A stretch of 19,759 bases of DNA, from NCBI GenBank assembly GCA_003133025.1, contig PKZK01000126.1, positions 1 to 19,759 on the forward strand. Direction: 5' to 3'. The notes under the pieces were generated by a model. It ran no database searches. It worked only from the letters and a program-made list of their open reading frames with translations, and had not been told where the DNA came from. Numbering within the stretch: the first letter of the stretch is position 1; each line of letters opens with the position of its first letter. The position numbers were made by a program, and so were the translations under genes. This document shows, one piece after another, positions 17,126 through 19,759 of the stretch. Origin of the DNA: Vulcanimicrobiota bacterium (GTDB taxonomy: Bacteria; Vulcanimicrobiota; Vulcanimicrobiia; Vulcanimicrobiales; Vulcanimicrobiaceae).

Positions 17126-18220
17126 TTAGAGCCTCCCGGACACGAGCAGGTCGTCACCGAGCAGTTCGACACGCTCGAAACGAACCTGGGTGCGCCCGGC
17201 CGCTTCGGGCGCCAAGGCCGGAAGCGCGCCGGGCCCGGCCAGGGTCAGCGGCGCGATCAACCAGTCCAGCCGGTCGACGAGTCCGGCCGAGAGCAGCGAC
17301 CCGGCCAGCGCCGGCCCGCCCTCGCAGAGCACGCTCGCGATACCGCGCGCGCGCAGCTCGCGTAGCGCCGAAGCCGGATCGAGCCGTCCGTTCGCGCCGG
17401 CGGCCACATACGCCACCTCGGCCACCGCCTCGAGCGGCGCGAACGCCTCGCGCGACCGCGCCGGCACGAGCAGCAGCGTCGGCGCGTAGCCGTCGACGGG
17501 CACGAACACCCGCGCCGCCGGGTCCGGCGGACGTTCGCCGCAAGCCACGATGCGCCGATAGGGCACGCGCCGCGCCCGCGGCGGCCGCACGGTCAGCAGC
17601 GGATCGTCGCAGCGCAGCGTGCCCGCGCCCACCAACACCGCATCGTACGCCGCACGCAGGTCGCGCACGAAGGCGCGTGCCGGCTCGCCGGTGAGCCGGT
17701 AGTTGCCGGGCTCCGGCGCAACGTAGCCGTCGAGCGAGGCAGCCATCTTGAGCCGCACGTACGGCCGCCCCGCCGTCACCGCAACGGCGAAATCTTCGAC
17801 GATCGCCGCGGCCAAGGGATCGTGCGCGACCTCGACCTCGAGACCGGCATCGCGCAAGCGCGCCACGCCGCCCGCGGCCGTGCGCGGGTTGGGATCGAGC
17901 GCACCGACCACCACGCGCGCCAGGCCCGCGGCGACCAGCGCTTCGCTGCAGGGCGGCGTCGCGCCGTGATGGTTGCACGGTTCGAGCGACACGTACATCG
18001 TCGCGCCGCGCACGTCGTGCCCCGCGACCGCGGCCGCGTGCAACGCCTCGACCTCGGCATGCGCGGAGCCTTTGAAGCGGTGGAAACCTTCGCCCAGCGT
18101 GCGCGCACCGCGCACGACGACCGCGCCGACGCACGGGTTCGGCGAGGTACTGCCGCGCGCGCGCTCGGCCAGTTCGCAAGCGCGGCGCAGGTAGATGCGA
18201 TCGAGCGCGTCGAGCGCTAC
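17126..18220 (-). CDS. ribD: Bifunctional pyrimidine deaminase/reductase RibD (start uncertain)
   Basis: PNPCVGAV, HAE, LEPCNH...TPPC, KMAASLDG, DDPLLTVR and LCEGG. No ATG/GTG/TTG near the expected N-terminus, so the 5' limit is placed at the DUF427 stop overlap. Confidence 0.93.
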   Translation of the reverse strand, partial: VALDALDRIYLRRACELAERARGSTSPNPCVGAVVVRGARTLGEGFHRFKGSAHAEVEALHAAAVAGHDVRGATMYVSLEPCNHHGATPPCSEALVAAGLARVVVGALDPNPRTAAGGVARLRDAGLEVEVAHDPLAAAIVEDFAVAVTAGRPYVRLKMAASLDGYVAPEPGNYRLTGEPARAFVRDLRAAYDAVLVGAGTLRCDDPLLTVRPPRARRVPYRRIVACGERPPDPAARVFVPVDGYAPTLLLVPARSREAFAPLEAVAEVAYVAAGANGRLDPASALRELRARGIASVLCEGGPALAGSLLSAGLVDRLDWLIAPLTLAGPGALPALAPEAAGRTQVRFERVELLGDDLLVSGRL

Positions 18221-18498
18221 GGGAGTACCTCGACCCCGCGCCAGAACGCTACGCGACCCTTGATGTCCTGCGCCGCGGTCTTGGGCGTCGGATAGTACCA
18301 CGCGGCGTCGGGATTTTTCTTGCCCCCGACCTCGAGCGAATAGTACGACGCGACGCCCTTCCAGGGACACGTCGAATGCGTCTCGCTCGGCTTCAGATAT
18401 TCGGCCACCACCGACTCGGCCGGAAAATAGTGGTTGCCCTCGACGACGACGGTCGCATCACTCTCGGCGATGACGGTCCCATTCCAAACGGCTTTCAT
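18217..18498 (-). CDS. DUF427 family protein
   Basis: MKAVWNG.VIAES...VVEGNHYFP, CPWKG.ASYY, AAWYYP.P and I.GRVAFW.GV. ATGA overlap with comF. Confidence 0.92.
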   Translation of the reverse strand: MKAVWNGTVIAESDATVVVEGNHYFPAESVVAEYLKPSETHSTCPWKGVASYYSLEVGGKKNPDAAWYYPTPKTAAQDIKGRVAFWRGVEVLP

Positions 18499-19136
18499 GC
18501 CCGGAGGCGTTCGCCGGAGCGTTCGGCGGCGCCCGCGAGCGCCCGCGCCACGACCAGCGCCCCGCGCGGCGCCGCGCCGCGGCGTCGGAGGGCGGCCGCA
18601 CAGTCGCGCAGGGTGGCCCCGGTCGTCACGACGTCGTCCACGAGCAGCACCCGCGTGCCCGCAACCAGTGTCGCGCTGTCGAACCGGTCGCGTGCCGCGA
18701 GCCGCGCGGCCCGGTCGCGACCGTGTTGCGCGGCATGGGCTCGCTCGGTCAGCGCGCAGAGCACCGGCAAGCCGGCTCGCATTCCGAGCCCCGCAGCAAG
18801 CAATGCGCCTTGATCGAATCCGCGTGCGGCACGACGCGCGGTCGAGGTCGGCACCGGCACGAGCACGACATCGCGTGGTAACGTCGTCTCAAATCGCTCG
18901 AAGAGCGCGCACGCCAGCGCATCGGCCACGTCGCGTCGCCCGCGTTTCACCGCCAACACCGCACGCCGCAACGTGCCCGCATACACCCCGAGCGCAATCA
19001 CCGGCAACGTCCCCGCAACGAAACGCTGCTCGTCCTCGCCGCCCGCAACGCACGCCGCGCACAACGCCGCACCGGCACGCCTGCAACCGACACACGTCGC
19101 CGGAAAGAGCCGCGCCAAGACCCCGTCGAGATCCAC
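18495..19136 (-). CDS. comF: ComF-family protein (CxxC motifs plus PRTase domain)
   Basis: LFP..CVGC...LC..C, LVPVP....R...RGFDQ and the PRPP-binding loop VLLVDDVVTTGATL. Confidence 0.88.
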   Translation of the reverse strand: MDLDGVLARLFPATCVGCRRAGAALCAACVAGGEDEQRFVAGTLPVIALGVYAGTLRRAVLAVKRGRRDVADALACALFERFETTLPRDVVLVPVPTSTARRAARGFDQGALLAAGLGMRAGLPVLCALTERAHAAQHGRDRAARLAARDRFDSATLVAGTRVLLVDDVVTTGATLRDCAAALRRRGAAPRGALVVARALAGAAERSGERLRA

Positions 19137-19245
19137 GCATGCGCTATCACGCGGAAGCCGTAAACGTCAAGCGCCGGTCTCTCGCGCTTTCGAACGAGAC
19201 GCCGGTGATTAGCACCCCCTCGTTCGACCGGCCGGAAACGGACAC

Positions 19246-19274
19246 AAAAAGATGCTCTCGAAAGAGCATCTTTT
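19246..19274. terminator. Strong, potentially bidirectional intrinsic terminator
   Basis: AAAAGATGCTCT-CGAA-AGAGCATCTTTT perfect inverted repeat (19247-19274) with T-tracts on both strands. Confidence 0.8.
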
Positions 19275-19380
19275 ATGTCCGAGCTGCGGAGCGATCCATC
19301 AAGCAATATTGTGGGCCCCCGCCGGTAACCATTGTGTCGGCGCTCACGCCCGGGGACTTTAGCGCCGGCCGGAGCGTTCG

Positions 19381-19759
19381 CTAATCGCTATCCACGGGAC
19401 GCGGGTCGGGCGGCTGCATGCGCCGCTCCTGCAGCGTCATCGGCCCCATGTCGAACGGCTCAAAGGGGTTCGGGTTCTGCGTGAAGTTGAACATCTCCGA
19501 GAGGTCGNNGCGAAGTTGAAGAGTTCGCCCAGGTCGTCGGTCTGGGAATCCAGATAGCCGAGGCTGGCCAGTCCGAAGTTATCCTCGATGAAGTGCAGGA
19601 TCGACGTCGAGTTACGCGGCGTGCTCGAGATGTAGCCCGGCCGCACGTATGGGCCGATGGCGATGAGCGGCACGCGGAAACCATACTCGTACGGGTCGGT
19701 GGGATTCGAGGCCGGATGGTTGTTGCCGTTGGTGTAGTGATCGTACCAGCCGCCCCAGT
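19381..19759 (-). CDS. C-terminal part of a phosphoesterase (phospholipase C/acid phosphatase family); 5' end outside the window, NN at 19508-19509
   Basis: WGGWYDH, YGFRVPLIAIGPYVRPGYIS, SILHFIEDNFGL and DDL..LFNF. After the gap the reading continues to ...PRPVDSD and TAG at 19381-19383. Confidence 0.82.

Noticed and set aside
19137..19380. FMN, TPP, SAM-I or c-di-GMP riboswitch, 6S RNA or LexA box in the intergenic region
   Set aside because: Only short fragments resemble these (GGGGTGC, GGTGCTAAT, CGAAC/GTTCG too far apart). The remaining conserved elements are missing.
9..19384. Many long plus-strand and alternative-frame ORFs (e.g. 9..926, 248..1555, 6561..7910, 11706..12764)
   Set aside because: Antisense or out-of-frame shadows of well-supported minus-strand genes in high-GC DNA, with no recognisable motifs.
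1..19759. CRISPR arrays, tRNA/rRNA, transposases, integrases
   Set aside because: No regularly spaced repeats, structural RNA genes or mobile-element motifs were seen.

Overview
High-GC bacterial chromosomal window, probably from a metagenome scaffold. N-gaps lie at 2014-2125, 3775-3776, 6602-6603, 12836-12847 and 19508-19509. All credible genes are on the minus strand. In transcription order (right to left): 3' end of a phosphoesterase; a structured intergenic region with a terminator; comF-like, DUF427, ribD, riboflavin synthase, hotdog thioesterase; an AT-rich double palindrome; XRE-HTH::ribBA fusion and ribH; CxxC zinc-ribbon protein, mtnA, holA; an orphan lipoprotein with a terminator; then a translationally coupled purine operon purB, purC::PurE-like, purL, purQ, tandem purS, purP, secreted hypothetical, purP-like, guaA (truncated by the window edge). 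The main points of interest are four. (1) RibBA carries an N-terminal XRE helix-turn-helix and is preceded by two 14-bp operator-like palindromes, suggesting a self-regulating riboflavin enzyme. (2) PurC has an animal-PAICS-like architecture with an apparently dead AIR-carboxylase domain. (3) Two archaeal-type PurP paralogs sit where purH is expected. (4) PurS appears as a single-chain tandem dimer. Family assignments come from motif recognition by eye; no database searches were run.
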